From: Octopus bimaculoides | Taxonomy: Eukaryota | Direction of reading: 5' to 3' | Assembly (NCBI RefSeq): GCF_001194135.2 | Contig: NC_068988.1 | Coordinates: 70,091,085 to 70,155,084, forward strand | Length of the DNA: 64,000 nucleotides | Part shown: positions 25,234 through 37,559 of the stretch, in pieces | Numbering within the stretch: the stretch's first letter is position 1 | Layout of the letters: each line of letters starts with the position of its first letter | Program-made: the position numbers and the translations under genes | The notes under the pieces: generated by a model | What the model saw: the letters and a program-made list of their open reading frames with translations, nothing else | Told to the model about the DNA's origin: nothing | Databases searched by the model: none

Positions 25234-25427
25234 TTATTTCTTTATTACCCACATGGGGTTAAACATAGAGGGGACAAACAAGAACAGACAAAGGGATTAA
25301 GTCGATTACATGAACCCTAGTGCGTAACTGGTATTTAATTTCATCGACCCCGGGCGGAATTTGAACTCAACGTAACGAAATACCGCTAAGCATTTCGCCG
25401 GGCGTACTAACGATTTTGACAATTCGC
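25234..25427 (-). mobile_element. SINE family B carrying the Tx1-like LINE tail
   Basis: Family B body followed on the minus strand by TTTGTCTGTTCTTGTTTGTCCCCTCTATGTTTAACCCCATGTGGGTAATAAAGAAATA. Confidence 0.85.
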
Positions 25428-26389
25428 AGTCCTTATATNNNNNNNNNNNNNNNNNNNNNNNNNNNNNNNNNNNNNNNNNNNNNNNNNNNNNNNNNNNNNN
25501 NNNNNNNNNNNTATATAAGTTATGGCATATTCTGTGAAGAACGTTTAAAGTATAAAGCTCGTCCACCTTCAGATTCAACCCTGTGCTATCCAGTAGTAGT
25601 ATAATACGTACTTCCTGGTTTGCGTTTGGGCTTCTGTCGTGTGTGAACATATAACTGAAAAAGTTTGGAGTCAACAAGAAGGAGTACGGTTGGACATTTA
25701 TTTTCAGTCACTACAATTGTTTCTACGCAACATACTTCTCTAGGCGTGCAGGTACTTGATTATGCAACCGTTTCCCTGTGTCATAAGATCTAGTTGTATT
25801 TCCCGCGGCGATATGTAAACATTGTTTCCGTAAGTTCAAATTCTCGGCTTCAAGAGCATCCTCTCTGTCTGTCGTGGCCTGAAGTTAGTAGTAACTACTG
25901 GGTTTATCAAAGGTGTGTTGTTGGCAAACTGCTTTAAATGTATAGATGTAGTGGGGCGGCGATTCTGTTACTGTTAAAGTGGTTGCATTTTTAAAGGCAA
26001 TGACATTTGATTTTATTTATACTGCTGATTTGTTCTTCATGGTTGGTTACACATGCGATTGTCCTTAGCTAACCTTTAAGAATCGGTATTTACGTACATA
26101 TACATGGTCGTTCACATATACATCTATGTATCTACTAATGTTCGGACACATACACACACACTCACGCACACACACGCACATACGTACATGCATATATACG
26201 CACACACACATATATACGGATATGTACGCGCACGCACATAAATACACATACACATCTATGTACATATATACAATTGCACGCATATACGTACACAGAGGCG
26301 CGTGTGCATATATATAAATAGAGTGCAGTGAATAAACTGTCGTCTAAATTACGCAAAAATGAAAATAACACAGACAACTCATTTTAATA

Positions 26390-27090
26390 GATATATTTAC
26401 CAAAATTACATAAAAATATCTAGAAATATTTCACAGTAAATATATTCAATAAAATCACCATTAGCTTCAACCACGGTCGCCAGACGACTTCTGAAACTCT
26501 TCTGGACGGTCTCCTTGTTTAAGTTGGTGATTGCTGCCATAATCCTTGCCTTCAGTTAATCTTTGGTGTTAGAAGGAGTTTTGTTGGTCTCTCGCTCAAC
26601 TGCGCCCCACACAGTCTAGGGAGTTAGGTGGCCAAATGCTAGGGGTGATGTGGTCGCAGAAATTGTCTGACAGCCCTGAGTGGGTTCACCTGGTTGTGTG
26701 GCATGGTGCAGACTCCTGTTGCCAGATATAGCGTCTTCCAGTAGCCACTCTCTTGACCTAGGGCAGCACTACCTCCTCCAGGCACTTGATGTAGGCCTGC
26801 GAGTAGAGTCTGAGGCCCTGTGGGAAGACGAATGGAGGTATAACGTCTCCATTACGAGTGATCATCCTAAACACCATGATGTTGACTGGATGCTTGATTT
26901 TTATCACTCTCGGTACATGTCCTCAGATTGCACTATCCTCAGATTGACACTCAAACACTCTGAAATGTTAATGTTCGTATTGGAGCTTCCGGCGCGAATG
27001 CCAAGCAGTACAGCATATCACGTCCAAATTTCTGGCAGAGTGAATTATGTCATGGTGCTGTTTTTCTCATGGATGGTGTTCAGCTGACCC
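26390..27090 (-). mobile_element. Tc1/mariner-superfamily transposase remnant (maT/DD37D-like)
   Basis: Minus strand: AYIKCLEEVVLP…YIWQQESAPCHT…WPPNS…ETNKTP…VVEANGDFIE. The third catalytic D region is deleted, so the subfamily is tentative. Confidence 0.8.
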
Positions 27091-27339
27091 TACTATAATG
27101 TAGTCGACAAAGTCAAAAACAATAATCATGCACGAAATAAAAAATACAAAATGGCAACAGTTTACCCATTACACCCTCTGTATGCGCGCATGCGCGCGTA
27201 TGTGCATGTGTGTACACTACAAGGATCTTAGAATAATACCCACGCAAATATTAAAAACGGTAGATATATCTAGAACAGTTGCTTCCCATAAATTTATTTA
27301 GAACAATTCCAACCACTACTGCTACAACCACAACAGGCT

Positions 27340-27587
27340 ACTTTTATCTTTTACATGCTTCAGTCATTAGATTGCGGCCATACTGGAGTACCACCTCGAT
27401 GAACTGTAGTCGGAAGATTCGACTCTAGTACGTATTTTGTAAAGATTAGTACTTATTTTGTAACACTAAGTTAGGGGGACGCAAACACACCAAAACACAA
27501 ACATAAAACATACACAGACACACAAATATAGATACGACGGGTTTCTTACCACACGCAGTCACGCCTGCGCCTTCTTACCACACAGCC
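27340..27587 (-). mobile_element. SINE family A, internally deleted
   Basis: TTCAGTCATTAGATTGCGGCCAT…GATACGACGGGTTTCTT…CTTACCACAC. Confidence 0.75.
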
Positions 27588-27935
27588 TAAGCTCTCAAGC
27601 ATTAATGAGCTTTTCTAATCAGGTAGTTGAATATTCTGTTGCGATTAGGTGTCCATTCTTTGAGCAAGAATCGCCGAGGAAATATGACGAAATGAGTGAG
27701 TTATGCGCCCAATCCTCCTTACCGTATAACTACCCCACCACTATCTGAGTGGTCACTCAACCTACTAGAAATTGCTGCTACTTATTCCTTATTACATCTC
27801 AATGCCCTTAAAATTGAGATCACATTGGATTATATATTCCGACAGGCACTGTGCCAGAAAAGAAAGACTTCATGACTTTTCTTGACTGTTAGACGTGGGT
27901 ATACACAATCAAAACTGAAATCGGGCTGAGTAAAC
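27588..27935. repeat. Unclassified dispersed repeat, copy 1
   Basis: Clearly homologous to 31481-31835 (AAGCTCTCAAGC…ATCAGGTAGTTGAA…TATCTGAGTGGTCACTCA…GTGCCAGA). Confidence 0.8.
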
Positions 27936-28227
27936 TCTGACATTATCACTACATTGAATATATTTTTTTCTTTGGTAGTATTTCTTCCATGTCCTTACGT
28001 TTTGAGTTTAAATACTGCTGAGGTTAATTTTACCTTTCATCGATAGAAATAGAGTACCAGTTAAGTACTTGGATATACCTGATTTACTCTGTTCTAAAAC
28101 TACTGGCATTGTGTCAAAATTTGAAGCTACTACAATTTTTATTACCTTCATTGTCATGAACCGCAATTTTCATCTCGGTAACACATTAATACCACTTTTC
28201 TATATCATTATTTGCACATTAACTGTC

Positions 28228-28828
28228 TTATTACCTCCGCCTTAGCGAAGGCGAGGGTATTGTTTTCAGCGTATCAGGACAATTACCCCACTAGGACAAT
28301 TAACCCACTAGGACAATTACCCCCATATGACAATTCCCCCCGACGACAACTACCCCCAGGACAATTAGCCACTTGGTTAATTACCCCCTCTCCAATATAT
28401 AAAGAAGTTTTAAATCATCATTTGTTGTCCTCCGGAGTAATTGTGCTTGGGGTGGGGGTTATTGTCTATGAGGGGGTAAATGTCCTAGACTCGTTTTCAG
28501 TCGTTTTTGTTTGCCCGTGGACAAGATATTTCAAGATCCGTTGGATGGATTGGGTTGAAACTTTTAGGGATGTTTGACCTCGTAATTGGCACGAACTGAT
28601 TAGATTTTGGGATCGATCCGGTACCGGACAAGGATTCTCAATTATTTTTCGTTTTTTTTTTTTTTACTTAATTTTTGAGAGCGATCGGGTTCATTTCTAG
28701 TATTCTTGTTTGTGAGAGCAGTGGAGCTTATTTCAGATATTCTCATTTTAAAAATCATTACCGGTTAATCGTTGAGAGGACGTTGGTGTTGCTTTGGCGG
28801 AGGTTTGCGCTCTTTGAGTGCTCTTGTT
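28228..28828 (+). mobile_element. Helentron-associated non-autonomous element (HINE/DINE-1-like)
   Basis: Subterminal inverted repeats CCTCCGCC (28234-28241) and GGCGGAGG (28796-28803), 3' hairpin GCGCTCTTTGAGTGC, 5' hairpin, and TT flanks. Confidence 0.75.
28270..28492. mobile_element. MITE nested in the HINE
   Basis: TIR-like AGGACAATTACCCC / GGGGTAAATGTCCT, tandem subterminal GGACAATT(A/C)CCCC units, and an 8-bp direct repeat GTTTTCAG at 28262-28269 and 28493-28500. Confidence 0.75.
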
Positions 28829-31480
28829 TAAAATATAATAACAACGTGATCATTTTAAAGTAGTTGGATATAATTTGAAAGAAATGCTGCCGCTATTTGC
28901 AACAGCTCGAGTCACCACATAGTGGCTTCTGTGTTGTATTGTTGCAAGGAAATGCCTTTCTCTATTGTTCATGGTGTACATTATATTAATCGTCAAAACT
29001 AACTAATCTAATTGTCTTGGATGTTTTAACGCTCTTTCTATTGAATTTGACATTGAAGTACTTTAGTAAATTTTGTTTCCCATTTCTCTTCAATAATTCA
29101 TGTGCATTGTGTCAGATTAATGATCTTTCTTTCTTTCTTATTTTCCTGGTCTTCCTGAAGTAAATACTATATAAAAAAAATACTTTCATGATTCTTATTT
29201 CTCTCGATTTCCCTAAATATAAAGATACGGAAATCTAACCTTATATTTGTAAGTCTTCTATGATTCTACTTAATCACACTCTTCGCTAAACGCAGTCCAT
29301 CCTTCATTTTGCCTTCTAACTTGTCTTTCTTTAAATTGTTTCTTGTATTTCTGCATCTAGACAGTCTATTAATGTCCTAAATTTCCGCTAGCATTTCTCT
29401 TATTTAAAGTTATATAATCCTCATTGAAATAAATTAATACTTATGTACTACTCTCTGGTCTTATGATACTACATACTTGACTAGCTATATAGTATCTACT
29501 AGGTAACTAGACTAGTTACGTAACTACAAACGTCTAGTAATGCAGTAAAGACAGTATTTTGGTGTAGTTCTTATGAAATATTATTGTGTTACTATGTAGA
29601 ACTATAAATTATTCAACAGTATACTACAGTATAAATGTGAAAAAATGTACTATTATAACAATTGTACTATTATAGCAAATTGCCCATGTACTGAATCGCT
29701 AAAGTATTTTTTAATCTTTTCTTTTGGTAAAATATAGATTATTTATATTTTATTCACATAATATTTTGATATTTGGTTGCTTAAAACGATTTTCGTTTCA
29801 CCTTATGATTTCAATATATTCCATCGTAAAAATACAAAGAAACGGCCGAGTTTATGTTACGACGGACCAACTGAAGTTAAAGAAATATCCTTATTATAAT
29901 TTGCTGACATTTAATTGCGAAATATTGTGAACAGATTAAAACACACGGTTTTCAGTAAAGCAGCAATTCCAACAATCTGGTATTTATAATGCGTGCATTG
30001 ATTCGTGTAAATGTTATACTTTTATGAGAATATTTTCACAGAATTATGACACTGTATATGAATATTAGGATTAACTGTTTATCAGATTTTAACTATCTTA
30101 CTTTGCTGATATTAGCATAAAAAGTACATGAAATTCATTAGTAATCTGGAAGTATAACGTATTTGTGTATCATAGTATGGTGTCTAATTCATGTGTGAGC
30201 TGCTTTGATATATTTTTATTTAATAAAATGAGAACTTATCGCTATCAGAGAGACAGAAAGGGAAAGACTAGACAGATATTAATATAATTTAGAAGACTGC
30301 ATTAGCAACGCTTTGCATAAAGTTTATGCTTCATGTCATAGATTGAAATTAAATATTCTAAATCTGTCTATCAGTTCTCGTTTTGTGAAAAATCTATTCA
30401 AGATTTGTATTCAGTCATTTGGTTACATAGCTAATGGCCTAGATGGACATATGTACAAAAGAGAATTTTTTGTACATAATCAGAAAGTTTCTAATTAGTT
30501 CTCTATTGAGATTATTTCCCATCTGTATCATTAAAGAGATATTGATGGTTACACAAGCCCCAAACATTTATAGCATTGCACATTGTCTTAGTTTGTCCGA
30601 GAGTATAAAACTAGCATATATGTGACTACGCATAGGGAAAAGTGATAAAAACTACTGCACTCACTAGAATGAAGAGACAATAAATTTAACTGATTTTCTC
30701 CTGAAACAAACCTTTGTCGGGCACTGAAACATGCAATATGACATGTTAACATTAATGGTGGCTAGAAACTGTCATTTCATACGCAAGAGGTCACAGTAGA
30801 GTATAATGGGGAAAAATAGATGGAATGGAGATTCAAAAAGCTGTTTTTAAATATTGCTTTCTGAATATAGTTTATTGTAAACGTTTCGGATAATAATACA
30901 AATTAGGATTGCTCCTACTTAGTATACTGCTTTCTATGCAGAAGCCATCCCTGGGTAAATTTAATCCACTTATTCTTTAAGTTGCCACATTCTGTTCATT
31001 CAAATTTTTCAGCAGATAGCTGATTCTGATAATGGGATGTACTCATGGCTAGACCTTACAATACCGAAACAAGCTTGAAGTTAGCTCTTAACTTCTCAAA
31101 CTTTACATTCACTTCTCCACAACATAATCGCATTCTATTTTTAAATAGTTTAATTCCAAAATTGTCCCAGCTATCTTTTTAGATTAGAAATTATCATTAC
31201 GTTATGAAATCTCTTCTCTACGTCGGCAAGTTCAATTCATTCATCTGTTTGTTTTTCATACCAAAGTCGGCCCTAAGTATTTCCTTATCCACAGACGTTG
31301 ATAATACGCTACTAAATTATCGACGTTACTCTTCTAGTAGATGTGTAGATATCTTCCAGCAGGCGTCTAAGTGTCTTTCAAGAGATAAAGTTTTGATGTC
31401 AACGGGCTTCTTAATAATGGAAAGATTGTGCTTCCTGCATAAATGTTGTTATATCTCAGGCACTCCTTTGAATATACTAA

Positions 31481-31835
31481 ATAAGCTCTCAAGCGTTGCC
31501 AAGTTTTTCCAATCAGGTAGTTGAACATTCTGTTGTGACTAAGAGTCCCTTCTTTGAGCAAAGAACACCGAGAAAAATGTATCGAAATGAGTGAGTAATG
31601 TGTTCAATTCTCCTTATCGTATGACCCTCCCCTCCACCAATATCTGAGTGGTCACTCACCCTACTAAAAATCGCTGCTACATATACCTCACCATACTTCA
31701 GCGCCCTTAAAAATGTTAAGATCACATTGGATTACATATTCTGACAAGCACAGTGCCAGACAAAGATGTGATAGATTTTCATTACCGTCCGGCATGAGTA
31801 TACACAAACAAAGCTGAAATAGGGCTAAAGTATAG
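31481..31835. repeat. Unclassified dispersed repeat, copy 2
   Basis: Homologous to 27588-27935, same orientation. Confidence 0.8.
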
Positions 31836-32350
31836 CTAATTTGGTAAGTGAATTCCGACATTGTATAGAGAATGTTAAGTTTGGGAGCGAACTAAGACCT
31901 GAGTTTTGTAATGACCACAGTTCATTAATTGAAATCAGTGAAAAAGCGAAACAATAAAGAACAGAAGAATAAATACCAGAAAAGCTGTATCCATATTATT
32001 AAAGAAAAAAACAGGCTTCAGTACTGTAAATTTCAGAAAGAAACCCAGTATTGCTGATTATAAAAGAGTGCATGGCCGACACAATTTCCATTACTCTCAA
32101 CATGCATAAGACATTTTGTTACATACACTGGACGTAGTTGTGAAACTTTCAATTATATATATTCCATACTGTAACGTTGAAGTAGTTACTATAAGTTATT
32201 CGTTAGTACTAGGAAAAGTTTCTGAAACTATTATATATAATGGTTTTCTAGATCATTTCAATACAAAAGTGGTTGTTTCTAAAGCTTTTATTATGAATTT
32301 GTTTATGTAAACTAATATTTGATACAGGATATCTACTTAGCGTGCATTTA

Positions 32351-33661
32351 CATCCAGAACTAAGTTAAAAGCATACGAGTGAAATTTAGGATTTCTCGGT
32401 TTTCAGTGAATCGATTTTGATAAAACGTTTTCCAGCTGGTTTTCACACTATGGCAACACCATTGTTATGCTTTCATTATTCTGTGTAACGTCCTTTCATT
32501 TTTTTATTTCAAATTCTTCAATTTTTGGATGAACCATTCTAATAGCATCTCTCCTCCCTAAGAACAATGGGACGTGGAAATGGCCTTAACGATAAAGAAA
32601 AGTCTGTCATCATCAAGGAAAGTGCTAACGGCACCTCTCTTCATCTCATTGCGGAGAAGTTAGGGGACTTCCAAGACTGTGACAGCTAAGGATTTAAGGA
32701 ATATTGGCCACAAATTATTTTAGAAACCTGGATAAACAAGCAAAGCCATTTTCACCGCCTCCGAACTTCCTCATTTACCAAAAACCACCAGAAATCGCAT
32801 CATCGGGACCATGACTTCCATGCGAGAACCTTTGAAATTGCCTCCTTTAACGCCCCGTCACAGGAGTTTGAAGCTTCAATGGGGCCAAAAGTGCATAACG
32901 TTAGACATGTGTTGTGTTTTGTTCAGTGACGAAGCCAAGGTGATCCTTGACGGATCTGACGGTTGAGCAACTGGTTGGGTCTATTATGGAGACCCAACTT
33001 ACGACTTCAGCAACAGGGTAGAGGAGTCATATTGTTAAAGTAACCGCTGCCACCTACTGCAATTTCCTGAAGTAGATCTTGGATCCCTGGCTAGATGACA
33101 TACCGCTGTCACTTCTAAGGAATCTCGTATATTCGCATGTATAGCAACGCTCCCGCCCTCTCTGCTTGGAACACCCAAACATTAATAGGGCCTTACGGCA
33201 TACAAGGTGAAAGGTTGATGGTGTGGCTGCCTGCATCTCCGGATCTCAACCCTGTCGAAACTCTTTGGTACATCATTAAACAAGATATTTATGCCGATGG
33301 AGGCTAATTTACGTCGAGAGGTATCTTATGGGCGACCATCAAAGCTGTAGCAGAGGCAGTCCAACCTGCTACTATTAAGAAGTTGACAGTCTACTATTAA
33401 GAAATTGAAGAAACCCTTCATTTTCTAAAAGAAAATATTGGCTAGATGGGTTATTTTCATTCAAAAGCTATTAGCATGATTCACCTAAAAACTGAAAAAT
33501 CTGAAATAAAAAAGAAAAAAAAACGTTACACAGAATAATAAAAACATACCAATGGTGTTGCCATAGTGTGCAAACCAGCTAAGAAGTTTTATCAAAATCG
33601 ATTTACAGAAAACCGAGAAATCCTAAATTTCATTCCGATGCTATTAGCGTGGTTCTGAGTG
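32351..33661 (+). mobile_element. Tc1-like DNA transposon, both ends present, transposase decayed
   Basis: TIRs of about 118 bp (32351-32469 and 33545-33661), TA on both flanks. ATG at 32567 gives MGRGNGLNDKEKSVII; VLFSDEA and WLPASPDLNPVETLW motifs present. Confidence 0.9.
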
Positions 33662-34289
33662 TAAAAGATCTCTTTTATGACTAATATTTTATAGTTGATC
33701 TCCGGAATAGAGACGCTTCGTACAAAGAAAGTAATTATTAAATAATTATTAAATACTTGCTTTCTAAACGTTGTACTTTTACCTCACCCAGTAATGCATA
33801 TAATTACATTGTCTTCAAAACCGTTTCAAGGAAGTTAAAAAGTGGTGATCAAAGCTGCTGGCTCATAACACGCATACAAGTGAACTCCTCTTAAACCACC
33901 TAATGTCCTAATGAGTGTGGTGTGGAGTTTAACAGGGTTATAGAAGAAGTCCCTCCTACAGGAGCTCGACACTTAGAGTCAAAAGAAATACCGCAATACA
34001 TCACGCCCGACAAATTAAGATATCTGTCAGCTTAACGGAATCATAGGCAAATAAAATCGAGTTCTTGGGTCTCATAAGCATTTGAATTCAAAGTGCAAAG
34101 CGTCAAAAGAAATACTGCAAGGTATTTTGTGTTATACTCCAAAGTATCTGCCAGTTTACCATCTACAATAAGGACCGTAATCGATAACCATTGTGATAAG
34201 AATTCATCAGGGTTGAATTATGTTGTTTGTTAGGTGCTACTGGAAGCGTATAAGAGTCTTCACATACTAGCTTTAAAGGAACTAAATAG

Positions 34290-34760
34290 TCAACTGGAGA
34301 TGGTAAGTCTAGTCGAGCTAACTGTTATCCATGAAGATAATATGAACACAGCACAGAAACGAAAGATCGACCGTTATGAACAATGTTTTCAGGAATGTGA
34401 AAACGCAGACAGAAAAGCAAAACATTATCCAGGCGAACATGAATGCAAAGGATTTATTTGAAACAGTATGAGGCGATGGTTGTCGCTAGGCCCAAATCAA
34501 TGTAAAGCTATCATGAGAGATATTCAGGCTACAGTGAAGACAAGCCACTGGATTTGAATAAAAAAAGACAATGAATAATAGGAAGAAGAATATTAAGTGA
34601 AACATGGTAGCCAGTTGATCTAGCGAGTGGAGCTTCATTTCAGTGTGTGGAGGGTGGGACAAATACAATAATGCCATCGAGTGGATGGCCCCAAATCGTT
34701 GCGCATTTTGATCTGATGTCTCCTAGAAACTTACTAGTGTCTCGTAGCAGTACTTTCAAC
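34290..34760 (+). mobile_element. HERO-like RLE LINE, C-terminus and 3' UTR
   Basis: LVELTVIHEDNMNTAQKRKIDRYEQ…CKGF…SMRRWLSLG, resembling the ELTVPWEE…RK..KY…GCRGF RLE motif. Confidence 0.75.
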
Positions 34761-35139
34761 TGGTAGCTGTTGCATCTGTATGTTGTTTGCAATTAATTTT
34801 TCTATAACTTTAGACAATTCCTTCTTGTTTTCTTCTGGTAGTTGGTTTTATTTTTTATTTTAGTAGTTTGTTTCCTCTAATAGAGAAGATTAAAATGGTC
34901 CTGTTAATGCAGAATGTTTTAAGATTGAAATAAAGTAATTTTTATGTGATACAAATTTGAAATAAAAACCATTTTTCAATAGCTTTTTCAGTAACTTTGA
35001 CACTTTTTTTCAAAAATCAAGTACAATTATGATTTAAAATATAATAATTAACATGTATTCTTCAAACTCAGAATGAACTTACAAACTCTAATTAAGATCT
35101 AATCAGAATGAAATTGAAAACAGAATGCTAACAACAACT

Positions 35140-35225
35140 GTTACTATTATTATTATTATTATTGTTGTTGTTGTTGCTGTTGTTGTTGTTGTTGTCGTTG
35201 TTGTAGTTATTATTATTATCATTGT
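35140..35225. repeat. (ATT)n(GTT)n compound trinucleotide repeat
   Basis: Direct reading. Confidence 0.9.
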
Positions 35226-35839
35226 TATAGAAATCAAAGATAATGAAAAAAAAAAAGAAAAAGAAAATCTGGATATGAAATTTTCATGATTAATTTCGAG
35301 AGTTAATTCTGATATTAAAACAAACTTGGAATACGAAACTCTGAAGAACCCTGCGGTTAAATATTCCAAATTTCTTAGATTCAACGACATGTTGCTGTTG
35401 TAAATATGTTTTATTTTTCCTTTTATTTTAGTCGAGACATTTTCTACAGCGATGAGTTTTCTACGAAGGCAATACGGGGATGAAACAATTACACAGGTTT
35501 CTGTAAAAGCCGTATTTAATTTATTTGTTGGGCAAATTGCAAATACATTCATTAATATCTTTAGAGTGTTATGTTGTTGGGTGGGAGTAGTGATATAATA
35601 GCTCTCTGTAGAATTGATACGATTCAGTTGCATCTAGCGTAATTTAAAATAGTCAGTAATATGTCAAATTAGAACATTTGCCGTTTTCCCTGTTATTGGT
35701 AACCGTAGTAGCTCTCACCGAGTAGGCTTATAACTTACGATGAAAGATTTTCCTATCACTAGCAAACCGTCTTTTTGTGTGTCTAGGACTATATTATCCT
35801 GTGCGTCTGTGACCTTTGAAGAAGGCATGAGTGTGGTTT

Positions 35840-35841
35840 GA

Positions 35842-35904
<63 letters not shown>

Positions 35905-36113
35905 TTTGGGTTTTTTTTTTCTGCTTTGTTTTCGACCCCCTCGAAAAAAAAAACTCTACATTTGTATTTTGTCCCCTCTGTGTTGAGCCCTGTGTGGCTA
36001 ATAAAGAAACCTATCTATCTATNNNNNNNNNNNNNNNNNNNNNNNNNNNNNNNNNNNNNNNNNNNNNNNNNNNNNNNNNNNNNNNTGTCTGTCTGTCTAT
36101 CTATCTATCTATC

Positions 36114-36168
<55 letters not shown>
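35840..36168 (+). repeat. (ATCT)n arrays enclosing a LINE 3' tail fragment (about 35901-36011) and an N gap
   Basis: The tail TTTGTCCCCTCTGTGTTGAGCCCTGTGTGGCTAATAAAGAAA matches 2685-2735. Confidence 0.85.
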
Positions 36169-37559
36169 GCTGGTTGTCTACTCCTTATGCAGAGTTTGAT
36201 CACCCCTTGTACCCATTCTGCGCACGGTAAGCTTACATAAACTTATAGCTTATATGAATAGTTTCAACAGGCAAAATCGTCATAAAAGAAAGTAGGCTAT
36301 GGTAGGAGCTAATTTCCACCGGATTGATTCTAAAAAAAGATTGCATGTTATGATCATGGACAGAGAATTGAGATTAGCTCCACTGTAGTTTCCAGCAACA
36401 TTACAATCTCAGTTATCTGGTACCCTACTCTTACCTATCTACGTATAATTATATTTATATATATGCATTATTTAATTAATCTGAATTAGTTATCACAAGA
36501 AGTGCCAACTGAAATCTATGGGTTTATTTTGTATTATTTTAATTATAACGCTTGCTCTCACATATATAAAGAAGTAGCGATGCATTAGTGCAATTCTGTG
36601 TTTTTAAACACATTATCAGCTTGACGTGATCAACTGAAAGTTGCTGGATAAATTACGTTTTTGTTTTTAAATATGGAATAAGGGAATTAGCGCAAACATT
36701 GTTTATTGAAAATATTAATTTGGAAAAAATGTAGACAGCGATAACTTGCACTGGAAAAATAATCAATATATGACGAAAGCAAAGATTCTCAATCAATTAA
36801 AACTGAATTTTGATGTCAAAAATAAACAACATTTAATATTAGATTCGTTTTATTTTGCTACTGACTGTTGTTAGAATTGCCTAGTATTTTATTCCGCGAT
36901 TTCTTGGGAAGGCCAATGTCATGAGAAATATAAACATGAATATATTTTTATACAGTGGCAGAAGAAATTACGAATCGAGATTTGGAATAATAAAAGACAA
37001 TTGAGAATAAAATATATTTTAAATTATTGACTAACAAAACTTATTCTATCTTTCTCTTGATCGCTCTGTTTTTGTTGGTGATCATCATGTCTTCATTCTT
37101 GACATGTTCATATATCATGCATTGCCAAAAGCAAGAACTGGAAACACTTAATAGAAAGCACGAAATTGCCAAAATTGGTTCAATCATTAATGCTAGCAAA
37201 TATAAAATATTCAAAAAATTATCTAAATATTATTTAAAGATACGCTAATGATGCAGTCAAAAGAGAAAAGATGAAAATATTTCTAAAATAGAAGACAAAT
37301 TAGATGTTAGTTGAGTGTCCTCAATACAACGCGAGAACCACGTGTTCAATAATTTAATGAATTTATATAGTTTTTTTGTTTGTTTCTGAGTCGAGATATG
37401 AATGAAATTTACTTAAATTATGGAAGACAAACATCGTATATATTAATAAATTCAGTATATAAAATATATATTTGGGAAATAATAAATTAAAAACAAAAGA
37501 CCATGAAAAACGAGAAATTACAATGTGATGATCGAGATGCTAGAAATCTTGTTAGAAAT

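Noticed and set aside
25512-25716. Possible solo LTR ending in …CACTACA
   Set aside because: The other end is lost near the N gap, and there is no PBS, PPT, target duplication or second copy in the window.
28270-28370. Short regularly spaced repeats resembling a CRISPR array
   Set aside because: Units are about 13-17 bp with no unique spacers; they are MITE subterminal repeats in a eukaryotic context with no cas genes.
35103-35633. 176-aa minus-strand ORF resembling a membrane protein
   Set aside because: The hydrophobic and Thr runs come from (ATT)n(GTT)n and poly-A/T tracts; no family motif.
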